From: Phaeosaccion multiseriatum
Taxonomy: Eukaryota > Protista > Ochrophyta, other classes
Length of the DNA stretch: 64,000 nucleotides
Direction: 5' to 3'
Assembly: GCA_965112735.1 (NCBI GenBank)
Contig: OZ218954.1
Span: forward strand, 1,860,001-1,924,000
Below, in pieces: positions 47,864 through 59,465 of the stretch. Numbering within the stretch: the stretch's first letter is position 1; each line of letters starts with the position of its first letter. The notes below the pieces were generated by a model. It was given only the letters and a program-made list of their open reading frames with translations, did not search any database and was not told the origin of the DNA. Both the position numbers and the translations under genes were made by a program.

Positions 47864-50800
47864 ATGGCGGCCGTGACCGAGAATACAATCGCGGCCCTCG
47901 AGGAGGGAACCGCTGGTGAGGCAAGCGCCCTGTCCTCCTCAAGCGCAGGCAAGAAAGCCAAACAACTGACCAAGATGGACCGAAGTGGTACGGGTGGGCT
48001 CTTCACACTCGAACTCAAGGATGTGTCCTACTCCGTCTCTGTGTCAGATGGCAAGGTGAGTTGCCTGTTGGATCCCTGTGGCCAGAGGGCACACGGCAGG
48101 GCACGGCAGGGCCAAGTAGGGAAAGGTAGGGTGCGTTATGCGCAGTAGTAGCCGTAGTAGCAGATGGGGTTGAAAAGGGGTGAAAGGGGCACGCGGGACA
48201 TTTTTGGGAAGCAAACGGGACGTTGGAATTGTATCGCCCCACCTCAAGGAGCAGCAGCAGGAATTGTTTGTATTTTGTTCCTATGCTACTAGTTCGGCTG
48301 TCTGTCGAAGGGGGGAAGAGGGAAGACGCTTGACGGAGGAGGTGATGGTGGTCATGTCTAGTGTTGTAGAGGGGCTGAACTACTGCTGCCCCTGTGGACG
48401 CGTATCTTTCCTCCCCACCTCGCTTCTCCGCCCTCCATGCGCTGTAGAAATCGCAAGTCGACAAGGTACTCGTGCAGCCCACGAACCTCAAGCTCAAGCC
48501 GAGAGAGATGACAGCCATCATGGGAGGTGAGTGAGTCAGTGCATACACAACGGCACAGCAAACCCACGCACGATACAAGCACAGACCCACTCACTCGCTC
48601 ACTCACTCACTAACTCTACTCTACTTTACTCACTTACGCACTCACTCACTCACTGACTCCCTCTCGCACTCACTCACTCACTCACTCAGCCTCTGGCGCT
48701 GGTAAGAGCACTATGCTCGACATCCTGTCGGCGCGAGTCCCTTTCTCTGAAACCACCGGCGAGTACACCATCAACGGCGACGTTATCACCAGCGCCAGCA
48801 AGTTCAAGAGAATCAGCGGGTGGGTAAATGCGTGCTTCGACGCAGTCTTTGTTGATTTATCGCATGTCCACTTCCCGACCTAATCCTCCCTCCCTCCCTC
48901 GCAGCTATGTCATGCAGTCGGACGCCTTGTACCCGCTGCTGACCGTGAGGGAGACCCTGCGTATCGCTGCCAAGCTGCGCATCCCCGGCATGTCCATGTC
49001 GGAGAGGGTGGTAATGGCCGACGAGATGCTTGATGTGCTCGGCCTACAGGCCTGTGCAGACACGCGCGTGGGCGACGAGAGGGTGCGCGGGGTCTCAGGG
49101 GGCGAGAAGAGGCGAGTCTCCATCGGTACGTGGAGAGTGTAGAAGTGGTGCGCGAGGAGGAGGAGAAGGGGGCCAGGTGACGAAACTTGTTCTTGTTCTT
49201 TTGTTTGTTGCTCATGTTGTTTTTGTTGACTGTTGACTTGCCACCCCCCCCCCACCATGGCAGGCGTCGACATTGTACACCGACCCCAGATCATTTTCCT
49301 CGACGAGCCCACCAGCGGCCTCGACAGCACCACGGCGCTGCAGGTGGTGGACACGCTGGGCCAGATCTGCGAGGATGGGCGCACGCTCGCCATGACCATC
49401 CACCAGCCCTCCACGCGCGTGTTCGAGTCCTTCCAGAGGGTCATTTTCCTCAGCAAGGGGCACATTGTGTTCAACGGCCCTCCGACGGGCTTGGCCAATT
49501 ACATGTCCGGCACGTTGGGGACTCACGTGCCAGAGCACACCAATCTCTCTGAATCGTTCCTGGAGGTGAGTACGTGCATATATATAGGTTTGTTTCAAAG
49601 CGAGGCATATGCATGCATGCACGCATGCTTTCAATTGTGCTGTGTGTGTGTGTGTATAGATGTATGTATGCGGGGTGGTGGGGGCTCTCTCTCTTTGAGG
49701 TGCAGGAAGGACCGCACCAAAGCTGTCAGAAAGTGTTAACCTGTGGCTTTATACCAAACAAAACTATCCTCTTCGTCGACTGTCTGCCCGCCACAGCTTG
49801 TAAGTGGGTTTGAGGAAGACGGAAACCTCCAGCAGCTCGTGGACAAGCACGCAACAGAGCAGAGAACGAGGCAACTCTCGAACATGGAACCGGTAGAGGT
49901 TGTCGCGGAGGAAGCGTCCGTCTACGCCAACGACATCTTCACAGAGTCGTTGATTCTGGCGAAAAGAGCCTTGGTGGTGAGTCGGAGTGTTGAGTTCGAA
50001 GAGGGCAGGCAGCGAAAAGCAGCTAGAGGGCGGTGTGGCAGCGGCAGTTAAAGCAGCAGAGCAACAGCAGCAGCAGTAGCAGGAGGAGGAGGAGGATAGA
50101 GAGTGAATAGAGAGAGGGTCTCGGGGGGGGGGGGGGGGGGGGGGGCAACAAGGTTCTTGGTGCCCTTTAGCCTCCTTTTCCTGACCGCGCTTGTTCTGAC
50201 TGACCTCCTCCCTTCTCCCCCCCGCGGCATCTCACCTTTCTGGTGGTGATCTACCGGTTCCGTCGGTTTGATCCTATGCAGAGCATTGTACGCACGCCGG
50301 AGCTGTTTCTGGCCCGCTTCATGCTGTCGATCCTCACGGGCCTGGTTCTGGGGAGTCTCTACTTCGACACACCCGAAACCCCGGCTGGCATGGAGGATTA
50401 TGCTGGTGTTTTGTTTTTCGTGCTGGCGTTTTACATCTTCACCTCCATGGAAGCGCTGCCGGTGTTCCTCAACGAAAAAGCCGTCTTTGTGCGAGAGCAG
50501 GGTAGGGGTGCCTACCGAGCAGCGTCGTACGTCATTGCGACGTACGTCATCTACATTCCCCTGTACCTCCTGGTAACGCTGGCGCTCAACGCCGTCATCT
50601 TCTGGATGGTGGGCTTCCCGGGGGGCTTCTCCAGCTTCTTATTCAACGTACGTACTTTTGCCTTGTGTGGCAATGAGTGAGCGGCGGGCTGTGATCGGTC
50701 AGAGGAAGGACAGAGGTGGGGTGGGGTGGGGCTGAGGCTGAAGCTGAAGCTTGTCTCCTCGGAGCTTGTGTGCAAGTGTGGTTGGTTGTTTTTCCCCTGT

Positions 50801-51755
50801 ACGTGCCTCTCGATGAGATGGATGGATGTAGACTTTCTCCACCAGCCTGGATGGAGCTGCCATCACACGTCAGCTCCTCACCTCGCACACTTGTTCGTTT
50901 CCTTCCATTCTCCTTCCGCTGTCCAGGTCCTCATTCTTTGGTTCGTGCTGATGATGGGTAACGCCTTCGCCACCTTCATCTCCGGAGTAGTTGACGATGC
51001 CCTGGTGGGCAACGGTATGGGCACTGCCATTCTCGCCTACATGTTCCTCTTCTCGGGCTTCTTCATCCCCCGCGACAGCATGCCGGATGTAAGTCACTGG
51101 GCCAGGGGACAGCTGCCTGTCTGTGTACCTGTCGTTCCGTGTACGTCCCTTTGTCATTCTGTACTCCTGCCGAGCCTCGTTTCTTCCATTCACTGCTCCT
51201 TCTTCTCGCGTGGATGGCCCTTTTGTCGTTCTGTTCCTTTTGCTCATGACCCTTCGCGCTTCGACCCTGTCCGGTCCGAACTTTGTCGTCACAGGGGTGG
51301 AAGTGGTTCAGCTACCTTTCCATGTTCAAGTATCCTTTCGAGAGCTTGATGAAAAACGTTACACGGGAGGTCGACGAGCCAGTGGCCGGAAACGCGGAGA
51401 TTCGATTCAATATCGGTATGGGCTGGGGTGGACCCCTATGTATGCCAAGCGTTGGTCGTCTGTGTATGCCAGGCGTTGGTGGAGGCTCGTGACGCGAAGG
51501 AGGGGCGAGGGAAGGGATTTTCTGGGTTCGCGGTGGTGCAGATCCTTGTGTGTGCGTGTGTACTGCGCACATTCGCTTCCTTCCTTCCTTCCGCTCTCTC
51601 TCATTTCTTTTGTTCCAATCCTTGATGGTGTCTCCTACCTCACAGATGACGTGAACCGCTGGACAGGATTGTGGGTGATGCTGCTCTTCTGCGTCGGCTG
51701 GAAGGTGCTCTTTTACATCACACTCAAGTTGAGGCACACCGGCGCTAGGGGCTGA
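47864..51755 (+). CDS. ABCG (White family) half-size ABC transporter, multi-exon
   Basis: Walker A IMG|ASGAGKSTML; YVMQSD...LTVRETL; signature VSGGEKRRVSIG; Walker B FLDEPTSGLDS; TIHQPS; TMD motifs EKAVFVRE, FLFSGFFI and YLSMFKYPFESL. Confidence 0.95.
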
Positions 51756-52160
51756 AGTTGACCCCGTCGTTTGGTCACACATGCCTTGCACCTGTACTCT
51801 TTTTTTTTTTAAATTTTAAGTAAAGTAAGTAGTTAGAAAATGAGAAAGTATGTAATACGTTTGAGTATTCTGTATCCGCTTGACCACACAAAGTGGATAC
51901 ATAAATGGCGCATCATTCTCGCGACTCGCCACGGTAGAAAGCTATCCTGGGGCTGTGCATGCTGTGCAAAGCATTCGATTTGCACCGCGCGCGACATGCC
52001 ACGGCAAATGAATCAAATTTCGCGGCCTGTCCCCACACAGAAACTTACCTGTATATATATATATATAAATACATACATGCAAACGCTGGTTCGAGATCAG
52101 AACGTCCAGGCCAAGTGTGTGCATTCATCCACCTGCTGTAGTCTCATCCCCTGACATACT

Positions 52161-53609
52161 CTACTCCAGCGGGTCCATGACAAGGTCCACCGCTGTCCTC
52201 GCCCACTCAAAGAGCGCGAAGGTGATGGAGGACGACAAGCCGGACTTGAGCAGCGCCGGAACCGTCCCTCTGAACAGCGCACGAGTACCCTCGCCTCTCC
52301 AAATGCCCAGCGCGGCGGAGAGGGGTCCCTTGTATGCAGGCACCACTCCTCCGTACTGAGGGCCCCTCGTCAGCATGCCGCCCGTCTGCACCCTCTTTTT
52401 GACTGTGTCGAAGGGGTACACTGCCAGTTTGCTGACCGTGCCTGCCGCAAAGCCCGCCACAGAGGGCCACATGTCAAGGTCTTTGACTGCCTGATAGACG
52501 GCGAAGCTGATGCCCATTTGAGGGAAGATCTGCGCCACAGCCGGGGAGAGCCCCTTGTAGAAGCCCTTGATTCCGTGGTGTCTGTACGTGCTGCGCGCGA
52601 AGGCCCAGGTCGAATTGTAGCGCTTGGGCATGCCCTGCAAGCAAGCAAGCAAGCAAGCAACCAGAGAGGTCAGGTGTGTGTGGGGGGCATTCTGAAAAAC
52701 TCTGCCCCGCTGGCTCGACTCCTCTTCAGAGTCTGTCCCGCGGCTCTCGCCTCACACCCCCCTACCCTCACCTGGAATGCAAGCGCAGTCCTCGTAATGT
52801 CCAAGGGGTAGGTGAGAACGGTGGCACAGGCGCCCGCCACCGCACCTGAAACTCCGTGGAGAAGGTACCCTGAGGGCCGCCCCCCTGCCGCCGTGAGCCA
52901 CCACCTCTCCAGAACGGGCCTCAGGCTGGCGTAAATTCCAAACTGGGCAGAAAGGAGGCGCGAGGTCAGCAGATCGAGCAGTCAAACAACAACACGTGTC
53001 CCACCGTCCCCACCTGACTCCCGGCGTAGGTGATCCACAGTACCATTGCCGCATTATTTCCTCTCCACAGACTAACGATGCCTTCTTCGCGATACACGCT
53101 CTTGAAGGTGGCGGCAAGGGAGGTATACAAGCCCTTATGGTCCACCTGGTACCTGGGGTGAGAGGAGACGCGTCTCTGGTGTGAAGGCTGGATTCCTGAA
53201 AAAACAATCCATCGCCGTGCGTCCCCACCCACTCCCACGCTCCTCGCAGTCCTCACCTGATCTTCACCACGTCAAACGGGGCAGTCAGCAGGCGAGCGCC
53301 GCCTCCTGCGACACACCCGGCCACAGTATCACGCCATTGCCGCTTCTGCTGGTGTTCATCATGCGCCAGTTGGCTTTTGAGCTCCCCCTCCCGCCCATCC
53401 TTCTCGTCCTGCTGCTGCTTCTTCTCCTGCTGATGCTGGATGGGGTGTATCGGATCAGTCGTATCCGAATTAACTGTAACATGTCTGAGCAAAGCTCGTC
53501 TCCCCAGGCGCGTCTGCTCCTCCTCTGGGTTCGCCCTCGCCTCTGCTCCTCCCCCATCCGCAGCAGCATGTAGCTCCTCCTCCTCCTCCCCCCCCTCCTC
53601 TTCCTCCAT
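52161..53609 (-). CDS. Mitochondrial carrier, SLC25A19/TPC1-like (thiamine pyrophosphate carrier), 4 exons
   Basis: Three carrier signatures (APFDVVKIR, YPLDITRT, YPFDTVKKR), plus REEGIVSLWRGN and LSPAVAQIFPQMGISF, typical of the TPC clade. Substrate is inferred. Confidence 0.85.
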
Positions 53610-54051
53610 CAATGCATAAACTTTTTTTGCTAAGGGTGCACGTGGGCAAGGGAGGGAGGAGGAAAGAGAGAGGGGGACAGTTTGTTGAGTAGGTTTGAGT
53701 TTGAGTTTGAGCTGGGTGTCAAAGATTCATCATGATTTTCTATACCCCCCATTAATAAGCCAACAAGCGCGAAACGCACGATTATCCTTTTGCCAATCAC
53801 CCGTAGAAATCTGGGCGGACTTAAAGGCGTCTCGTGGAAGAAGAAAGGAAATAATGGCAATGACGCCTTTAACCAACTTCCAAAGAAAGTAAATTTAACA
53901 TAGACTGCTCCTCCCACGCACACGAGTGTGAGCACTCCGCACAAAGTGTTGGACGCACGCAAGAATCTGAGGAGCAGCTGGAGTGTTCGCGGCCGGTTAG
54001 GATTACGGTAGACAGCAGAAGTCTATCAGCAGAGCAGCCGCAACGGACAGG

Positions 54052-55221
54052 ATGGTGAATGGGCAAGACACTGCCTCCCAGGGCTCGCCCTGGCTGCGCA
54101 GGGCTGCGTCTTTCGGGAGGAGCTCGTCAGCTTCTGTCGTGGAGTCCGACTTGCCCCGTCGCCTGCCCTCGTTCAACGCATCCTTGTCGGGCGTCACTAA
54201 AGGGGAGGAAGCCGGAGGAGGAGGAGCAGGGAGCAAGACCGAGCCTGACTTGACGCCATTCACCTCACGGTCGACCGTGGCGGACTCAGAGTTTTCTTAT
54301 TGCTCGGAGCGCCCGGCAGCGCCGTCCAATGTCGTGCTGAGCTTCTCCATGGACATGGCGAACGCTGGTACGGGCAAGGAGGGCAGCATGATCCATGGCG
54401 AGGACCTGGACGGTTGTGCCGGCGAGGAAGTGTCCATGGGCAAGACACTTATAGTGGAAGATGAAGGGCCTCTGAGCCTGCTAAAGTCCACGCGGCCCAT
54501 GGCGCTGGGCGTGTCCGTCTTGCTCGCCTTCTTCGCGTCAGTCCTCTCCCTCCACGTGGAGTGGTGGGTCTTCCGCTACACCTTCACCGATACAGAGGCA
54601 ACCACAACCACGTACGATTGGAGCGTCGACTTGGGCCAGGACTGCGTTTCAAGTTCTGACTTCTGCATCAAGTACGAAGCGGTCGTGGCGTGTGTCTACG
54701 TGGGGGTACTATGCTCCGCCCTTGGCTCCGTTTTGTCCATGGCCTCTGCCTACAAGCACATCAAGACCTTTGGCTTCGGAGCAGTCATCTGCCTTGTCTT
54801 GTCTGCTATTGCCACCTTTTCTGCCGCCATTCTCTTCCACGAAATGGTCCATGACCAGGAGCGGTACTGGTCTAGCGACTGGTGGTCGTACGGCTACGGC
54901 CTCAACTGGTTGTCCACCGCGCTGTGCCTCATCGTGGCCTCGCTCATAGGCCTGCACACGCACCGGACAGAGATCTACTTTGAGACGGAAGAGGACTTGA
55001 CACTCAATGTCAAGGGCGGGCGGATGCTGCGCCTCATGCGGCAGGCAGGACACGACGCGGCGCCCTTCAGCCTAAGGCGGGAGTGGATGCCGCTCCCGGA
55101 CTTGGGGGGGGGAGGCGAGGGGGAACAGACAGGATTGGATATGGAGCAGCGGCAGAGCATGATTATACCCGAAGGGGACGAGGAGACCGGCAGCACCGAT
55201 GGTCACAGAGGAGTCTACTGA
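54052..55221 (+). CDS. Single-exon four-TM claudin/PMP22-like membrane protein, 389 aa
   Basis: Four hydrophobic helices; a Trp after TM1; two Cys in the first loop (LGQDCVSSSDFC); YGYGLNW before TM4. Confidence 0.65.
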   Translation: MVNGQDTASQGSPWLRRAASFGRSSSASVVESDLPRRLPSFNASLSGVTKGEEAGGGGAGSKTEPDLTPFTSRSTVADSEFSYCSERPAAPSNVVLSFSMDMANAGTGKEGSMIHGEDLDGCAGEEVSMGKTLIVEDEGPLSLLKSTRPMALGVSVLLAFFASVLSLHVEWWVFRYTFTDTEATTTTYDWSVDLGQDCVSSSDFCIKYEAVVACVYVGVLCSALGSVLSMASAYKHIKTFGFGAVICLVLSAIATFSAAILFHEMVHDQERYWSSDWWSYGYGLNWLSTALCLIVASLIGLHTHRTEIYFETEEDLTLNVKGGRMLRLMRQAGHDAAPFSLRREWMPLPDLGGGGEGEQTGLDMEQRQSMIIPEGDEETGSTDGHRGVY

Positions 55222-55740
55222 GGTCGGTCAGAGTCAAGTATATACAGTGTCTGTGGGAGGGCATCCGTGAGGCCCGTCTGGGGGGGGTTCACCAACTGGG
55301 CATGCGACTGGACATGCCACTTTTTGTGTTTTGTTTTGCGTGTGTGAGTGTGTATGTGTGTGTGTGTGTGTGTGTATGTGGCCCTTGGAAAGGAGGGCTC
55401 CTAATGTGTGTATATGTGCATGAAGGGGGGGGGGGGGGAGAATATGTTCGGGGGAGACGAAGATGCCAGAGCAGCCGATTCCAGATTTGTATAGAGGCGG
55501 ACAATGGGCGAGTAGTCGGCAAGAGAGTAGTGGGCACCTTGGGAAAAAAAACAAAAAAAAAAAATGTGAGGAAAAATACCAATTTGGCATTTTGTAAAGT
55601 GAAATGAGAGGACTGATGCAGCAAAGAATTCTCCATTTTAGACAGCAAGGACCGCGACCAACCAGACATGCTGGATAATCCCTGCTGCGCGCACTCCGCA
55701 ACTGACGCCACGCGCTTGGCGCGTGCAGCAAATAGAAACC

Positions 55741-55848
55741 TACACTCCGCTTCTTCCACAGGTCCCTTGGCTCCTTGATCCTCCTACAGGCCCCCGTGCA
55801 GAATAATACTACACTCCGCTTCTTCCAGGTCCCTTGGCTCCTTGAGTC
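55741..55848. repeat. Short direct duplication (~38 bp, 69-bp spacing) between convergent 3' ends
   Basis: TACACTCCGCTTCTTCCA(CA)GGTCCCTTGGCTCCTTGA at 55741 and 55810. Confidence 0.85.
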
Positions 55849-56037
55849 CGTAGTCCTGCACCTTCGTTCTGCTTCTTAAGCAAGATGGAGCACACTCCGA
55901 TAGTGCCTCGGTCTCCTACACAACGTACATGGCCAGTTGGGCGGAGAAGAAGGGGCCCCTCCCACACAAGCTGCCAAGCACGGACCGGTCCTTCAACGGT
56001 TCCAAGAAGCCAAGTCAGTGAGGTGGGGTGTAAGTTG

Positions 56038-57331
56038 CTAGTAAGGGCGGTAGCCGCGCTCCTGCCGGCCGCTGTGCCCCGAGCTAGCCCCTCCGACCCC
56101 TCCACCCATGCCTCTGCCTCCGTAGCCCGCCCCTCCTTCGCCTCTGCCCCCTCCACCAGGCTTACCCTGGCCGTAGCCCCCATACCCACCCCCTCCGCCT
56201 CCCGCTCCTCCCCCATACCCTCCCTGATGGCCTCCGTCGGCAGATGCAGAGTCTCTACCGCCCCCTGCCCCGCCGGATTGGTCGTAACCCCCTCCTCCTT
56301 GTCCTCCGTACCCTCCTCCTCCCTGCCCTCCCCACCCGCCCTGTCCCCCCCACCCCTGCCCCCCCCAGTTCTGGGCCCAGGCTCCGTAGTACTGTGCGTA
56401 TTCGTTTGCCTGCTGGGGGCTCATGCCGTAACCGCCGCCATACCCTCCTCCGTGCCCACCACCTCCTCCCCTGTTGTAATCACCGCCCCCTCCCCCTTGG
56501 TAGCCTCCTCCTTGACCATAGCCTCCTCCGTAGCCACCGCCGCCTCCTTGGTGCCCCCCCCCGCGCTGGCCGTATCCTCCTCCTCCTCCTCCTCCGTACC
56601 CGCCCCCGCCTTGGTACCCTCCTCCACGTCCACCGTAACCACCGCCGTATCCACCATATCCACCGCCGCCGAAACCGCCAGGGCCGCGACCGTCATTGCG
56701 GTCCTTGGGGGAAGCCTCCTTGATGTCCACAATCTGTTTGAAACATGACGGGCAAGCACAGACAAGTGTGTAAAGTCGCAACAGGTCAGGTCAAAGAAGC
56801 ATCATCAACATGATTTCATGTTGGTGTTGGTGGGTGTGTGCGTGGTTTGTGAGCACACGTCCCACACCGCTTGTTTGTGGTTGTGCCTACATTGCTGCTG
56901 CACATACAGTCTTTGCAAACAACAAGCCAACCCCTCACAATACCTCAACTCTGGAATGGCCGCCGCTCTCACCTTTCCGTTGATGCGGTGGTCTTGTTGT
57001 CGCAGGACGTGCTGGACCTGAGACCATAAGAGAGAAATGGGTCGAATTGAAGAGCGTGGGATGGACAGAGGGGGGGGGGGGGGGTGGAAAAGGAGAGAGC
57101 GAAAGAGAGAGTGTTGGAGCGATGGAGAGAGGCGAGAGAGGGATTGGGAATGATCGGGAAGGATGGGAAGCATGCGAACCAAGTCGTTCCCAGGGCACAT
57201 TCCAAAGCATGCTACCCACCTCGCTCTCGCGAGTGAAAGTGACGAAGCCGAAGCCCCTGGAGCGTTGCGTCTTTTTGTCGAACATGACTACGGCGTCTTT
57301 AATCTCTCCGAACTGGTCGAAGTATTCCTGC

Positions 57332-57368
<37 letters not shown>

Positions 57369-59292
57369 CAAGCAAACGGCGGGAAGGGGTAACCGTTAGA
57401 GCAGCGATCAGGGGGGTGCGCAAGAGATGTAGATGATGAAGCCGTCGGGTGAGCCCTTGGTACAGAGAGCGAGCAACTTCTCTTCTGAGCGCACCAACAG
57501 TTTCAGTTTCAGGCAGCCTCTACCCCTTCTACACCAACAATAAGACCCTCATGCAGTCAACCACAGTCTGGCCAAGAAGGGGCGGGCGTCGCTTCTCACC
57601 GTGAAGTCCTTGTCGACGACGGATTGGTCCAAACCTCCGACGAAAATCTTCAGCTGTCGCGAGGGAAAGCATGCCCGTATAATGTCACGTCGCCGGGATG
57701 ATGGAGGGGAAGGGATGGGGGGTTAGTCAAGATAGGGTGAACGAAACGGCTCCCGAGAATGGGCCTTGCTGCTCTTGTTGCATCTCCACTTACCCGTTCG
57801 CCTTCAGGGCCGGTACTGCTGCGGCTACTTTGTAAGACAATTCCCAAGACAGGGGTAGGGTATGAGCGCCGCGAGAGAGAGAGAGAGAGAAAGGAGGGGG
57901 CGAGAGAGAGAGAGGACAGAAGGGAGAGGTTAGGAATTCAGTGCGAAACGTCAGACAGACAGAGTCTACATCTTACACTGCTGCCTCTGTGAACCAAGCT
58001 CTTTTCTCTGTGTAACTGTAACTATACCTATTGTGCGGCGCCTTGTCCTTGGGTAGAGCTCTCTTAACGTCAACTGTGCGTCCATCGATAGTATGCCCTT
58101 CTGCTAACACCTTGTCGACGGCTACATCAATTGTAGGTACACGCCAATATCCATTCATATCCCACGACGACCGAACGGAACGGAACCCAGACGTAACCGC
58201 AAAACCGAGACACGAGAAAACGAACAGCAACAAGAATGGGAGGGGAGGCCATCTACATGAGCTATTCTGCCCCCTCGACTCGCTTCAATCGTGCGCGCTG
58301 GCGGATGCCTGCCAAGAAGAGAGAAAAAGAAGAGATTCGCTGCCCACTTGGTCCTGCCGCTGTAGTTGCTGAATTTCTTGGCTGCCTGCCTGCCCCTTGT
58401 ATCCCGACTGCTCTCCTGCTGCCTGCGAACAACCCCCCTGCCTTGTTTGCTCGCTCGCTTGGTTCCCCACTCTGAGTGCTCTGCTCTGTGTGTGCTGCTA
58501 GGACAGTCAGTCGTGCCTTCCTCGTGCTTCCTGTTGTGCGTGCCTCATGCTTCTGCAGGCAATACCCGCTACCAGGTATCGTATCGATTTCAGGCCAAAC
58601 GAAGGAACATGTAGAAACACGGAAAGCGAGAGAGGAAAAACGGAGAAAAGAGGGAAGCAGAAAAATGACACACCTGATCCTTCGCTGAATTTGACGAAGC
58701 CAAAGCCCCTGGGCTGCCCCGTGAACTTATCCTTCTGTAGCGTCACGTCGTCGAGAGGGCCGAACCGCTCAAAGTAGTAACGCAGGCTCTCTTCCGTCGT
58801 TTGCCACGAAATCCCTCCAACAAAGATCTTGCCGTCGGTGTTGTTGGCTGAGGAGAAGAGCGGGGCACCAAATCACGGGGGCAGCAGCAGATGGAGCAAG
58901 AAAGCGTTCGGGCATGGTTTCAGCATGTGAGCCGGCAGTAGAAGCTCGCCCCCCTTGTTCTCTCTCTCTCTTACAGCATGCCCCCCCCGTCTATGTCCGC
59001 TCCCCCCCTTCCCTCTCCTCAAAAGACGTCACGGACCCCGTACCCACCCACCCAACCACCCTCCCCCCTCCCCCCCTTGCTACTCACGATCTCCTGCAGA
59101 CGAATGTCCCCCCTCTGGCTTCGCCGCGTCCCCGTTGCCCTGCTGCGGCTGTTTATCCTGGTCCTTCGCATCATCCCCTCGTGGCTCCCCCTGCTGCTGC
59201 TGCTGCTCCTCATTTTGCTGCTGCTGCTTTTCCTCCTCATGCCCGCCGTTCTGTTGGTCCTCCGGGTCCTGCGCAACATTAGCGGCGTCCAT
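56038..59292 (-). CDS. hnRNP A/B / Musashi / DAZAP1-like RNA-binding protein (2 RRMs, Gly/Tyr-rich tail, PY-NLS), multi-exon
   Basis: [20 protein letters not shown]...PRGFGFVKF and KIFVGGL...[10 protein letters not shown]; GY-rich low-complexity tail ending RGYRPY*. Confidence 0.93.
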
Positions 59293-59465
59293 GATCTGCG
59301 TCTCCCGAGCGATCTTTATGCCTGCCGCCGCTCTCGGTTGTACAGCACCCCCCGGGGTATTTGAGTTTAGGAAGATGGCCTTGCATGGGTCTGGGCCATT
59401 CGACATCTCATCATATATGAAACATCTCATCACAACACCACCTTCCCAAACAAAACAAGCCGCAG

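Noticed and set aside
55885-56748. Long Ser/Pro-rich plus-strand ORF (likewise 25602-26690 and 46047-46943)
   Set aside because: Antisense shadows of low-complexity coding regions on the minus strand.
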